A DNA stretch of 48,787 bases from Synechococcus sp. Its GTDB lineage: Bacteria; Cyanobacteriota; Cyanobacteriia; Thermostichales; PCC-7336. Each line of letters begins with the position of its first letter. Position 1 is the stretch's first letter. The notes below the pieces were generated by a model. That model was not told the DNA's origin, searched no databases, and saw only the letters and a program-made list of their open reading frames with translations. Location of the stretch: the NCBI GenBank assembly GCA_051439425.1, contig JBFRWD010000106.1:1-48787 (forward strand). The letters are read 5' to 3'. The translations under genes and the position numbers were made by a program. Of the stretch, positions 19,056 to 28,868 are shown piece by piece.

Positions 19056-20126
19056 TGATGCACCGACTGAGTTAGAGCAGAAATGCGCAGTCAAAACTGT
19101 CGAGGCCGAACCAAACAACCTCGAACCATTTGAGCTAGTGCAATTGGCAAAGTGCAATCCGATCCAACAGTGCAAGACCCTAGTACAGGCCCTGCCGGGA
19201 TCGCTATCGGAAGCTTTCGATTAAATCCATAGTATGAGAATCGCTCTGCTGACGTGACGTGAAGTAAACAAATCTATAAAAGTGCTGCAATGCAACAAGT
19301 CGTGAAATTCACTGCGATGCAGAGCCTCTTAATTGTCTGTGCCACAGGAGGCTCCAAGCTGTTTACATTTCTTCGACGGTTTTTCCCTCTTTTGGAGGAA
19401 GAGATTTTATGCCGTAAATGGCAGGATGTGAGCGGAGGTGTTGAGGAGTCGTCAGTAACGTAATACTGGCACCGCTAGAGACGGAATCTAGCAGAGTAAA
19501 TCTTGGCTCGTTCATACCATCCTCGCTAGAGTTTTTCAGATCGCAATTCAGTGTTTATTCATTGTTGAATTGTGGTGTCGGCTTATCCCGAAAAGAATTA
19601 GCCAATATCTTGTTTGGTTTGGTTCCTTACTTGCGGGTTGTGTTCGCGGTTGCCGGAGGGGGGGGCGCGTAGCAGTAAAGAACGGGTTCATTGCACCCAT
19701 CATGTAAGGCTATTGGGTTAGGGCGCAGCGCTCTATGAATGGTCGTTAGAGATAGTAATGACTGGAGCAGTAGTTCAACTCTAGATACGAGTAGTTTATC
19801 GGACTCACTAAACAGATTTTCATTTTTGACTTCGATCGCTTTCCTCTCGAAAATTGCACTGCTAGGTGACTGATTTATATCTGACCGCTACATCAATGTT
19901 TAGATTTTCAACTTCCTCTTTTCGCTTTTTGGGGATGTAGATTTATCCATATTTTCTCGCGAATAGTTGTACCGCCTGATTGATTAGGAAAGGCAATCTG
20001 GGGGCGTAATTTTACAATCCTCTGTCGATCGCTTCTGTTTCGGGCCAGCTCAATCTCAATACGTTAGACGCGAGAACCTCGCTCATCCCTACTTCACAAC
20101 CTGCTGTTAGCCTGAGAGCCACACCG

Positions 20127-20507
20127 ATGACATATCAATTGGTCAACATTCTCGAATACATCATTCCCGAAGTAGTCGAGGCTGAAATTCACCGTCACAA
20201 GTGGGACTCGCAGCTCGACGAACTGGTAAAGCAACACATTGTCCTCAAGCTTCTCAACCGCATTTCCCCCTGCTATCAGCTCCTAACTTCCGAACAGTTC
20301 GTTTGTGAATCCCGTTCGCCTACAACGTCATTTGGAGAGCACTTGGGGACAGCTACTTTTGATGCTGAAATTGCACCCATGCCTCATGCAAAAACAGCGT
20401 GCCTACAAGCTGTAGAAACGATGCTTCCTAAGCATGTATTGCAACAACTGCAAACTGCAGTGGAGACCGAAATTTCTGGGCACGTTACCTCAAAATTGGC
20501 TCACTGA
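20127..20507 (+). CDS. Divergent ComFB-like protein
   Basis: LVNILEYII.EVV and LLNRISPCY resemble the ComFB motifs NxME..V..E and ALNRLPP.Y. Confidence 0.55.
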   Translation: MTYQLVNILEYIIPEVVEAEIHRHKWDSQLDELVKQHIVLKLLNRISPCYQLLTSEQFVCESRSPTTSFGEHLGTATFDAEIAPMPHAKTACLQAVETMLPKHVLQQLQTAVETEISGHVTSKLAH

Positions 20508-20739
20508 ATCTTCGGTGACATCGGAAGCCCCTCTTATCATTGTCGATTACGCCGCAGGATTATCTCGTTAGTTCGATCGGTCGCTTTTCTTTTTTAATGG
20601 GCTTTTACTCAATCTTTGTTTGCCCTTGCTCAATTCATTCAGCACTTCATGTGCCCCCATTGCAACGTGTTTGAATCAGGTCTCATTTCCTCCGTTCCAC
20701 ATCCCACCTGTTCGCACTCACCATTCAGGAGCAACCACC

Positions 20740-21270
20740 ATGGCTCGCTACTATCACTTTGTTAACGGTATGGAAATGGCTGTTTTGGCCGAAGCCACCC
20801 ACCAGCTTCACGCAGCTGGATATGCTAGCACCTTGGATTTGGTGTATTCCGTTGCCAAGCAAGCCCTCGATCGCCTTCCCCCTCTTTATTTCTCAATAAA
20901 GCCCCTGAGCCAATCACCAATGACTCAAACTCGGTTGGGAACACGTCAAACTGAGAACAACGATCGTGGAGCTGAAGTAACCTCTCGAACGGTCGAAAGC
21001 TCCCAGGCTATCGATCCGAAATCATCATTTTCCTTCAATCGTTCCGCCATGCCCAAGCTCCCCAGAACGTCCGCTCTGGCCGAGCGGGCGTTCTCAAATC
21101 GAGCGCTGACTCAGGAGCAGAAGAGACAGATGCAGGCAGCTGTGCGGCAGGCGATCCAGGCCATGATGAAACGGCAGCATCGAGACCCGTTACCCCACGA
21201 GCGATGGTATACCCCGACTTCTTGGTCCGATATGAATAACGGATTGCCCACCCATTGCTATTACGGATAA
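20740..21270 (+). CDS. ComFB (late competence development) family-like protein
   Basis: FVNGMEMAVLAEA, ALDRLPPLY, AAVRQAIQAMM...RDPL match the cyanobacterial ComFB pattern; AGGAG SD before ATG 20740. Confidence 0.7.
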   Translation: MARYYHFVNGMEMAVLAEATHQLHAAGYASTLDLVYSVAKQALDRLPPLYFSIKPLSQSPMTQTRLGTRQTENNDRGAEVTSRTVESSQAIDPKSSFSFNRSAMPKLPRTSALAERAFSNRALTQEQKRQMQAAVRQAIQAMMKRQHRDPLPHERWYTPTSWSDMNNGLPTHCYYG

Positions 21271-21406
21271 TCCGCCGATCGATTCCAAAATCAATTGGAC
21301 CACACCTCAACAGCCAGTCGGGCCAGAGCTATAACGTAAATGACACAGCAGGCATAGCGTTCTGCTGTATCCTATCCACTATTGCTATTGGACGACTGGG
21401 CTTAGC

Positions 21407-22225
21407 ATGTACAATTCCACTAATTTCGATCGACTGATTAATTATTTACCGTTCGAAATTCGCGGCGATGTTGCAATTGAGATTGGAACGGACGATCAAA
21501 GCAAAGTCGTGCAGCCCCTCTGGCGGTTTCCTTGGCAGGATCGCTCTCGATTTGCGATCGACATGCGTCGTTGGGATCAACTGTCTGCAGATCAGCAGAA
21601 AATCTATTTTCTGCGGGAAGCGAGTTTGGCGACTGAAATCTCGATGGGTAATAACTGGGCTGCCTTGCTGCTTTATCCTGCCTTGTTGGGGGCAGGGGCC
21701 ACGGGATTTTTAGTGGAAATGCAGATGTCCGACAATTTGGGCATTGGCTTGGCTGGAGGACTGGCTCTGGTCGCGTTCCTGCTGCTTCGGAAGTCTGAAA
21801 AAGGCCAAAAGGCTCAAATTTCGGCGGACGAGTACGCCATTCGCCACGCCTCTCAAAATGGCTTTACCGAGCAGCAAGCTGCTGGCCTGTTGCTGAGTGC
21901 TTGGTTGAAGATCCGCGAGCTGGAAGGGCGCACCAAGAGTAACTACGACTTCACCATTCGCCAGCGCAATTTGGAATATGTGAATGCAAAGGGACTGACC
22001 TCTTCCGCTTTAGCGGTGCCGGCATCCGGGCGAAACTCGGACAAAGGGGATTCACAGCCTCGCAACTTTGACGGCTCCGATCGCGCCTATCGAGAAAATT
22101 CTGGCTACGGCGATAACTCCGGATATCGGGATAATTCTGGCTATCGTGAAGGGGGTGCCTCGGGTTACGGTAGTCCTCCTCCCAACTACGGTTACGGCGA
22201 TCCCCCTCGTGACTACCGCCGCTAG
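21407..22225 (+). CDS. DUF3318-family membrane protein with a repetitive C-terminal tail
   Basis: RL..YLP, WDQLS..QQ..YFLRE, two TMs, ADEYAI..A...GF....AA..LL. Confidence 0.8.
   Translation: MYNSTNFDRLINYLPFEIRGDVAIEIGTDDQSKVVQPLWRFPWQDRSRFAIDMRRWDQLSADQQKIYFLREASLATEISMGNNWAALLLYPALLGAGATGFLVEMQMSDNLGIGLAGGLALVAFLLLRKSEKGQKAQISADEYAIRHASQNGFTEQQAAGLLLSAWLKIRELEGRTKSNYDFTIRQRNLEYVNAKGLTSSALAVPASGRNSDKGDSQPRNFDGSDRAYRENSGYGDNSGYRDNSGYREGGASGYGSPPPNYGYGDPPRDYRR
22088..22150 (+). repeat. About 3.5 degenerate 18-bp tandem repeats encoding Y(R/G)(E/D)NSG
   Basis: TATCGAGAAAATTCTGGC / TACGGCGATAACTCCGGA / TATCGGGATAATTCTGGC / TATCGTGAA. Confidence 0.8.
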
Positions 22226-22290
22226 ATGAAAGGCTGCATTCAAAGCATTGTTCCTCTGCATAGAGGAGCATTTGTTCGCTTGAGCGTAAC

Positions 22291-22635
22291 TTACCCTGGT
22301 GGCCAAGCCAGCGGACGTCCACCCAAAATGTGCATGTGCAGGTGGAAAACCGTTTGTCCTGCAGCTTCTCCATTGTTGACGACTAAGCGAAATCCATTCT
22401 CTGCTAGACCCACCTGCGCAGCAATTTCCTTTGCTTTCAACAGCATGTGACCCAGTAGAGCTGCATCTTCAGGACTGGTATCCGACAATTTGGGAATCGC
22501 TTTTTTTGGAATCACCAAGATATGGGTGGGGGCCTGCGGCGAGATGTCGTTGAAGGCCAACACTAACTCGTCTTCGTAAACAATATCTGCGGGAATTTCT
22601 TTGCGGATGATTTTGCTGAAAATAGTGTCGCTCAT
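22291..22635 (-). CDS. hinT: Histidine triad (HIT/Hint) nucleotide-binding protein
   Basis: TIFSKII, DISPQAPTHILVIPK, GQTVFHLHMHILGGR...WPPG. Confidence 0.95.
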   Translation of the reverse strand: MSDTIFSKIIRKEIPADIVYEDELVLAFNDISPQAPTHILVIPKKAIPKLSDTSPEDAALLGHMLLKAKEIAAQVGLAENGFRLVVNNGEAAGQTVFHLHMHILGGRPLAWPPG

Positions 22636-22735
22636 GCCCGGGAGCTGTTATCTACAGCATTCACTCTAGTCGGTTCCTCTGCTGGAGGCGATAGACATAT
22701 ACAACAAGCGGAATTGCAAGGGGCCTGTCACGGCA

Positions 22736-23644
22736 CTAGCCCTCAGCGGCTAACGATCGCTGGTGAACGCGCTGAAGCCAGTCTCTCAACAACTCATTAG
22801 TCTCCTCCCAAGCCTCGTCCATCGGACAGTGACCGGCATTAGGAATCGTTGCAAATAGTTGGACGCAATCAAATGCCTCCCATCCCCTTGCCAATTCCAA
22901 AGGCTCCCACGGATCGTCCTCCCCCCACAGAATGCCGACCGGTTGGCTTAGCTGCGGGAGCAACTCTTCCGCCAATGGCCCGCTGGAATAATTAATAAAC
23001 GATATGAATACGTCCGCTGCTCCGGGCTCTCGGGCCGGCTCTAGCAAGATATCGAGCAGTTCATCCGTAATCGTTTCGTGTCGTCGGTATGCCTGTTTCA
23101 AGATATTGCGTAGCGATCGCCGCCGAGCAATCTGACCGAAGAAGAGGTTTCCGACCGGTGGCCACTTCAATACCCGCTGCACAATCGGGGTTCCTACCCG
23201 CTGTATCCAGGACAAATCGTCTCGCTTGCTGTCATGCAGTAGCCGCAGCGAACAGTTGATTAATACGACACTATTGCACCATTCGGGAGCAGTATTGGCT
23301 GCTTGCAGTGCCACGATACACCCAACAGAATTACCGACGTAGGTTGCTGCTTGGCCGACCACCTGTTGACAGAACTGAGACAGTTGATCTCCCCACAGTT
23401 CAAAGGTGTAGTTAATGGGTGGTTTTGGGGCAGCACCGAAGCCCAGCAGGTCAATCGCGTAAACCCGATAGGACTGGGACAGATCGGCAACGGTCTTGCG
23501 CCAATGGCCGATACAACCCCCGAATCCGTGAATTAAGACAACCGGTGGAGCATCGCGATCGCCGTCTACCCGATAAGGCAATGAGTATTCATTCCATTGC
23601 CAGCTGGCGTTGGCTCGGGCAAAAGTAGTGGCAGCAATCGTCAA
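22736..23644 (-). CDS. Alpha/beta-fold hydrolase
   Basis: LIHGFGG, IDLLGFG, GNSVG nucleophile elbow, WGEDDPW, GHCPMDE. Confidence 0.9.
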   Translation of the reverse strand: MTIAATTFARANASWQWNEYSLPYRVDGDRDAPPVVLIHGFGGCIGHWRKTVADLSQSYRVYAIDLLGFGAAPKPPINYTFELWGDQLSQFCQQVVGQAATYVGNSVGCIVALQAANTAPEWCNSVVLINCSLRLLHDSKRDDLSWIQRVGTPIVQRVLKWPPVGNLFFGQIARRRSLRNILKQAYRRHETITDELLDILLEPAREPGAADVFISFINYSSGPLAEELLPQLSQPVGILWGEDDPWEPLELARGWEAFDCVQLFATIPNAGHCPMDEAWEETNELLRDWLQRVHQRSLAAEG

Positions 23645-23807
23645 AGAACCTCTCCCATTCCAACGACTAGAGACCGTACGCTGTCGGTTCTCTTAAGTTC
23701 GGAAATCTCGCTGATAACACAACCGCTGTGTCGAGCGAATCAAACGCTCTTGCAGTATCCGTGCGTCTCAGCCTCCCCATGTTAACTTAAGTAAAATTCA
23801 CTAATTT

Positions 23808-24554
23808 TTGGCACCGCGTATTTTGTCTTCATCCGTCCCTCCTTTCGCACCGCCATCCCTTTGGCCCAATGCCATTCGTTTGAATTCTGCCTCTAGCATT
23901 TTCTTTGCTTCGGGGGCATTGGTGTCTCTTCCCGTTTTTCTGCAAGCGCCGCTGGTTCGCAATGCCCCTTGGGTGAGCTTGGTGTTGACTCTGGCGTGGC
24001 TTGGCATCAGCCTGCATATGATGTCACTACGTTCGACTCGCCTGTGGGGTAGCCTCTGTTATGGCTTTACGCTCACATGGCTGGCTGGGTCGCTGTATTG
24101 GGGGTGGTTGCGGACAGAGCCACTGTGGCACATTCCGGTGGAGGCGCTGGCGTTACCGATCGCGATCTACGGTCTTTGGCGGGGGTTTGCTCGGGTGGGT
24201 AACTACTTCTTTATGGGGTCGCTGTTTGGCACCGCCATTACGGATTTGTACATTCATACGGTACGACTGTTGCCCGAGTGGCGCACGGCAATGCAACCTC
24301 ACGCGACAGATGCAGTGTTGGCGGGGGCAATGCAGAATGCTATGGAGAAAATGCAGGCTCCGGTCGGACTACTTTGCGCGCTGATTCTTGGATTGGTGCT
24401 CTTGGTGGTGGGCGCTGGAGGACTGAAGTTGGGGCGCGATCGCCAAAGCTTTAATCACTTACATTGGTGGGCGTTCAGCGGAGCAGTGCTATGTACGCTT
24501 GTGGTGGATGGATTGTTTGGCCTAGGAGCCTGGATTCAGTCTGGAATGATGTAG
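23808..24554 (+). CDS. DUF3120-family membrane protein
   Basis: LVSLPVFLQAPLVR..PW, WLAGSLYWGWLR.EPLWHIPVEA, GTAITDLY; start codon uncertain. Confidence 0.85.
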   Translation: MAPRILSSSVPPFAPPSLWPNAIRLNSASSIFFASGALVSLPVFLQAPLVRNAPWVSLVLTLAWLGISLHMMSLRSTRLWGSLCYGFTLTWLAGSLYWGWLRTEPLWHIPVEALALPIAIYGLWRGFARVGNYFFMGSLFGTAITDLYIHTVRLLPEWRTAMQPHATDAVLAGAMQNAMEKMQAPVGLLCALILGLVLLVVGAGGLKLGRDRQSFNHLHWWAFSGAVLCTLVVDGLFGLGAWIQSGMM

Positions 24555-24707
24555 CTAAGGTTCTCGTCTTTGCCTCTACTGCCTGCATTCACTGTTTGAA
24601 ATCTGGGCGATTGCTCGAACGTGCCAGCCAGAGCTTGCCAGACCAAAATAAACTTGGCCAAAACGCGGTAAAGTGCTTAGGCAGTTTGAATAATTAAGAA
24701 ATCTGCC

Positions 24708-25262
24708 ATGCGGATTCCTCCAGTTGAAGCGGCCGATGCTGACAAGCAGGTCCAAAAAGTGTACGAAACCCTAGAGAAGCATTACGGAACAGCACTCAAT
24801 CCGCTGCGTACGATGGCTTACAAGCCGCAGTTAATGCGTGCTGCGATGACTCTCTACGGTGCCATCCACGCTCCCAACCCCAATTTGTCCGAAGAGCTGA
24901 AGGAGTTGGTCAGCATTCGGGTGTCTCAAATCAACGGATGTCGCCACTACTGCGTGCCCTACCACACCCTGCAAGCTAAGAAGCACGGTGCTACCGATGC
25001 CAAGATCGCTGCAGTTACCAAGGCGCGGAACAACCCGGTGTTTTCGGAGTTGGAGCAACTGGCGATCGAGTATGCAGAGCGTGTGACAGTTCCCTCCATG
25101 CTGGTATCCGATGAGTTCTTTGGACGTCTGAAAGCCGTTCTGGATGAAGCCGATATCGTTGAGCTGACTGCGGTCATTAGCTTTATGAATTTCTGGAGCA
25201 AGACCATCGATGCATTAGAAGTTCCCCTGGATGAGGTGTTTGCTTCTGACAGTCACGGCTAG
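24708..25262 (+). CDS. AhpD/carboxymuconolactone decarboxylase-family protein
   Basis: LKELVSIRVSQINGCRHYCVPYH, E..AIEYAE.VT, IVELT..I..MNF. Confidence 0.85.
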   Translation: MRIPPVEAADADKQVQKVYETLEKHYGTALNPLRTMAYKPQLMRAAMTLYGAIHAPNPNLSEELKELVSIRVSQINGCRHYCVPYHTLQAKKHGATDAKIAAVTKARNNPVFSELEQLAIEYAERVTVPSMLVSDEFFGRLKAVLDEADIVELTAVISFMNFWSKTIDALEVPLDEVFASDSHG

Positions 25263-25309
25263 ACACCCTACGTTCGACCACTATCCATAGCTATTTTCAC
25301 GACCGACCT

Positions 25310-25342
25310 GAGAACGATCTGGGGTAGGTCGTTCTCTTTTTT
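25310..25342 (+). terminator. Intrinsic terminator after the AhpD-like gene
   Basis: 11-bp stem GAGAACGATCT/AGGTCGTTCTC followed by TTTTTT. Confidence 0.8.
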
Positions 25343-25415
25343 GAGCCATCTTCAAGCCCCGATCTCATGGGGCAACACCTTTAAGTGCGGTTCATTCGGT
25401 TGTGTCGCTAGGACT

Positions 25416-25943
25416 TTATCTGGCGAATTCTAGGGTAACTGCTGTGTAGAACTCTTTGATATCCTTTGGCGATTGAAGGTGATGAACGCGTTTCGTTTCC
25501 GTTGCCCGAGCGACGTATTCGCGATATTTAGGTGTGAGTTTTTTGTGGCATAGCCAAACCGTCGAGTAGCTAATCAGCGTTCCTTTCAAAAGAGGGCTAT
25601 TCTCCGGCCAACTTTCGGGTGGGACGAATAAGCCTTTCAAGAAGCGCTTCGTCACCCACCCGTAGTGGCGCAGCGCTGACATATCCATGTACACCAAGGT
25701 ATCGGCAGCATCCAGCCGTTCCCATACCGTATCCAACGAGCCGAACCCATCGATAATCCACCGATCTTGTCGTAGTGCGCGCTCGTGGGCAGCTTTGTAT
25801 TCGTCATGGGAGACCTTGTCTCCACCGGGTTTATATTGCAGCAAATCTAACGCCACCAAAGGCAGACCGCTTATGTTAGATAGGCGTTTGCTAAGTGTAG
25901 ATTTGCCGCCTCCAGTATTACCAAATACGGCTACTTTGTTCAC
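25416..25943 (-). CDS. P-loop kinase, adenylate kinase/FlaR topology-modulation-like
   Basis: VFGNTGGGKSTL, LD, WIIDG, ADTLVYMD; GTG 25943 chosen as start. Confidence 0.8.
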   Translation of the reverse strand: MNKVAVFGNTGGGKSTLSKRLSNISGLPLVALDLLQYKPGGDKVSHDEYKAAHERALRQDRWIIDGFGSLDTVWERLDAADTLVYMDMSALRHYGWVTKRFLKGLFVPPESWPENSPLLKGTLISYSTVWLCHKKLTPKYREYVARATETKRVHHLQSPKDIKEFYTAVTLEFAR

Positions 25944-26096
25944 GGTTCTCTCTTGTCTCGAAGATTGACGCAAACAGGGTGTTGTTTGAATGCAGTGGAG
26001 AATTAGCTAGGGTTTTCGGAAAACTCCGATCTTGTCCGCTCCCCTTGCATACCAGGAACCTTTTTACGAAGATCGACTCACTTACGGATGTTAGTG

Positions 26097-26354
26097 TTAC
26101 GCGCAAGCCAGGTCGCCGCATGTTAGCTGTTCCTGAAGTTTGGGTTCGTCATCACCTGCGTAAACTTCCAACACAGCATCGACAGGAGCCTCAAACATGA
26201 GTCTTTGACCGGGGAATACCACCCGCTCTAGCCCTGGAGAGCATTCGGTTAAGCGGACCACTTGAATGCGATCACTAGCGTTGACGTGAACGCACAGAGT
26301 ATTGGCAGCCAACTCAGTGGTGGGGATTGCGACGGTGGCAGACACGACAAACAC
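26097..26354 (-). CDS. DUF1830-family protein
   Basis: HVNASDRIQVVRL, LERVVFPGQRLMFEAP..A.LEV, C..L. Confidence 0.85.
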   Translation of the reverse strand: MFVVSATVAIPTTELAANTLCVHVNASDRIQVVRLTECSPGLERVVFPGQRLMFEAPVDAVLEVYAGDDEPKLQEQLTCGDLACA

Positions 26355-26648
26355 TCCTGCAGGGAAAGCGAACGTTAGTAAGGTGCCCAGTGTACGAGCA
26401 AAACGATGCGATTAAACACGTGAATTTACTTTCAGGCCCTAGGTGAATCTAGCCGAGATAGGGAGCAAATTCCTGTTATTTTGCTCACTCAGTGAACTAG
26501 GGATTGCCCCAATTGACAATCCCAAGCTTGGAATTTGGCGAGGTTGTGCAACTCGATCCCGCTCCCAGATTGTCAAGTCAATCAGATATTCCGGTCAAAC
26601 CACCGATTCGAACTAGAGTAGAGTCTGTAGCGTTTTCCCTTCGAGCCC

Positions 26649-27467
26649 ATGTCCACTCCTGCTATCCCCGTTGTCGTCAATGGAGCCACCGGCAAGATGG
26701 GCCGGGCGGTGATTAAGGCGGTAACAGAAGCCGAGGATATGGAGCTGGTGGGAGCCATCGATCTCGGCCATTTTGGAGATGATGTGGGCGAAGTAGCTGG
26801 AATTGGCCCGATTGAAATTCCCGTTACTAACAACCTTGAAGTGCTGATGGCGGAGCTGGCCCAAAATCCAACACCTGGGGTGATGGTGGACTTTACCCAT
26901 CCCGACTCCGTTTACGAAAATATCCGCACGGCGATCGCCTACGGGGTGCGTCCGGTCGTGGGAACCACGGGACTGAGCCCGGAACAAATCGGAACTCTGA
27001 CTGAATTTGCCGACAAAGCCAGCACTGGCTGCCTTATTGCTCCGAACTTTTCGATCGGCACCATTCTGCAGCAGCAAATGGCGGTGCAAGCCTCCAAATA
27101 CTTTGACCACGTCGAAATCATCGAACTGCATCACAACCAAAAGGCCGATGCTCCTAGCGGTACCGCCATCAAGACAGCCGAAATGCTGAGCGAACTGGGT
27201 AAAACGTTTAACCCTGCAGAGGTGAGCGAAAAGGAGACCATCTCGGGAGCTAGAGGGGGTGTTTGTGGCGAAAACGTTCGGGTTCACAGCATTCGGCTGC
27301 CCGGTTTGATCGCCCACCAAGAAGTGATCTTTGGCGGATTGGGCCAGATTCTAACTATTCGTCACGACACCAGCGACCGCGTTGCTTACATGCCCGGTGT
27401 CCTCTTGGGGATCCGCAGGATTGTCCAGCTCAAATCGTTGGTATACGGTCTGGAGAAACTGCTCTAG
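26649..27467 (+). CDS. dapB: 4-hydroxy-tetrahydrodipicolinate reductase
   Basis: [51 protein letters not shown]. Confidence 0.97.
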   Translation: MSTPAIPVVVNGATGKMGRAVIKAVTEAEDMELVGAIDLGHFGDDVGEVAGIGPIEIPVTNNLEVLMAELAQNPTPGVMVDFTHPDSVYENIRTAIAYGVRPVVGTTGLSPEQIGTLTEFADKASTGCLIAPNFSIGTILQQQMAVQASKYFDHVEIIELHHNQKADAPSGTAIKTAEMLSELGKTFNPAEVSEKETISGARGGVCGENVRVHSIRLPGLIAHQEVIFGGLGQILTIRHDTSDRVAYMPGVLLGIRRIVQLKSLVYGLEKLL

Positions 27468-27566
27468 CTCAGCACTATTCCTTGTGGCTATAGATTCTCA
27501 AAACCATAGAATTCGAAAGCCACAGGTTTTCAATGTCACAGATTTCTATCATCATCACTCACATCT

Positions 27567-27893
27567 ATGCCCACTGTCACAGCTAATGGCCAAACGTTTG
27601 AATGCGATCGCGGAGCCAACCTGCGTTCCGTCCTTCTCAACAATGGTGTCCCCGTTCACAACCCTGGGGCCACGATAGTCAACTGCCGGGGAATTGGTAG
27701 CTGTGGCACTTGTGCTGTTCGCATTGAAGGAGAAGTGTCTGCGGCCAACTGGCGCGATCGCACGCGACGCTCTTTACCTCCTCACACCCCCGAACGGGGT
27801 TTAAGATTGGCCTGCCAAACCCAAGTATTAGGAGATATCACCGTGACGAAGTTTAATGGCTTCTGGGGTCATAAGGATAAGCAGGTTTTCTGA
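27567..27893 (+). CDS. 2Fe-2S ferredoxin-like protein
   Basis: CRGIGSCGTC...RLACQ. Confidence 0.9.
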   Translation: MPTVTANGQTFECDRGANLRSVLLNNGVPVHNPGATIVNCRGIGSCGTCAVRIEGEVSAANWRDRTRRSLPPHTPERGLRLACQTQVLGDITVTKFNGFWGHKDKQVF

Positions 27894-27956
27894 GTATTTT
27901 TTCTAGACAACTAAGGTTTTAGGCATCTAAGTCGCTGCATTCATTGGGGGAGAGGG

Positions 27957-28760
27957 ATGAAAAAACTGCTGGTGTTTACCGATCTAGATGCCACGTTGGT
28001 CGACCATCAAACCTACAGTTACGAAGCTGCTCTGCCTGCGATTGCCCGTCTCAAACAGTTTGGCTATCCGATCGTCTTTAACTCCAGCAAAACAACTGCC
28101 GAACAGCAGCAGTTGCGTGCCGAATTGGATATTCAAGCGCCGTTCGTTGTGGAGAATGGGGCAGCAGTCGTCATTCCCCCTGGATCTCTCAATAATCCCA
28201 ATGAGTCCGACCCACACACCGAGATCTTTGGTTCACCGTATGAGGACATTGTCCAAACGCTGGCAGACCTGCGGCAGCAGTATGGCTACACATTCAGAGG
28301 ATTTTCCGACCTCGAAGCAGCAGAGCTGGCCGATATTACAGGGCTGCCGTTGCAGGGGGCGATCGCCGCTAAACAACGGCTGGGAACAGAACCCTTGATC
28401 TGGGAAGACCACGAATCACTCTACTCAAAATTCGTGTCACAGTTGGCAGACCGCAAGCTGACAACGACGAGGGGGGGACGCTTCCGCCACGTCATGTCCA
28501 ACACTGACAAGGGAAAAGCCCTCAATTGGCTCGCTACCCTCTATCGCAATACTTACCCTGATGTTGATTGGACAGTGGTTGCACTGGGGGACAGTCCTAA
28601 CGATCTTGAAATGCTCCGAGTTGCCAATATTGGCGTCCTGATTCCCAATCCCCATCGTCCTCCGTTCGAGGTAACGGGTGTCAACTCGCTGGTTCGTCCT
28701 CAGTCGACCGGGCCAGCTGGATGGTCAGAGGCGATCGCTGCAATTCTGGATAATCTGTGA
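27957..28760 (+). CDS. gpgP: Glucosyl/mannosyl-3-phosphoglycerate phosphatase (HAD IIB)
   Basis: FTDLDATL, SSKT..E, ENG, GGRF.H, DKG.A, LGDSPND..ML; adjacent to gpgS. Confidence 0.88.
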   Translation: MKKLLVFTDLDATLVDHQTYSYEAALPAIARLKQFGYPIVFNSSKTTAEQQQLRAELDIQAPFVVENGAAVVIPPGSLNNPNESDPHTEIFGSPYEDIVQTLADLRQQYGYTFRGFSDLEAAELADITGLPLQGAIAAKQRLGTEPLIWEDHESLYSKFVSQLADRKLTTTRGGRFRHVMSNTDKGKALNWLATLYRNTYPDVDWTVVALGDSPNDLEMLRVANIGVLIPNPHRPPFEVTGVNSLVRPQSTGPAGWSEAIAAILDNL

Positions 28761-28868
28761 CCAAGGGGTCGTTAAAAACACCCTCTTGCACGGGCGTCTG
28801 TATCTGACGACATCCAGCCGCCTTACCAATCCACGTTAATCTAAGGTGTTTTGCACACCAGAAGGAAC

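Noticed and set aside
20620..20739. Longer TTG-started version of the second ComFB-like ORF
   Set aside because: ATG 20740 has an AGGAG SD and the family motif begins right after it
26613..27320. 235-aa antisense ORF
   Set aside because: Shadow of dapB
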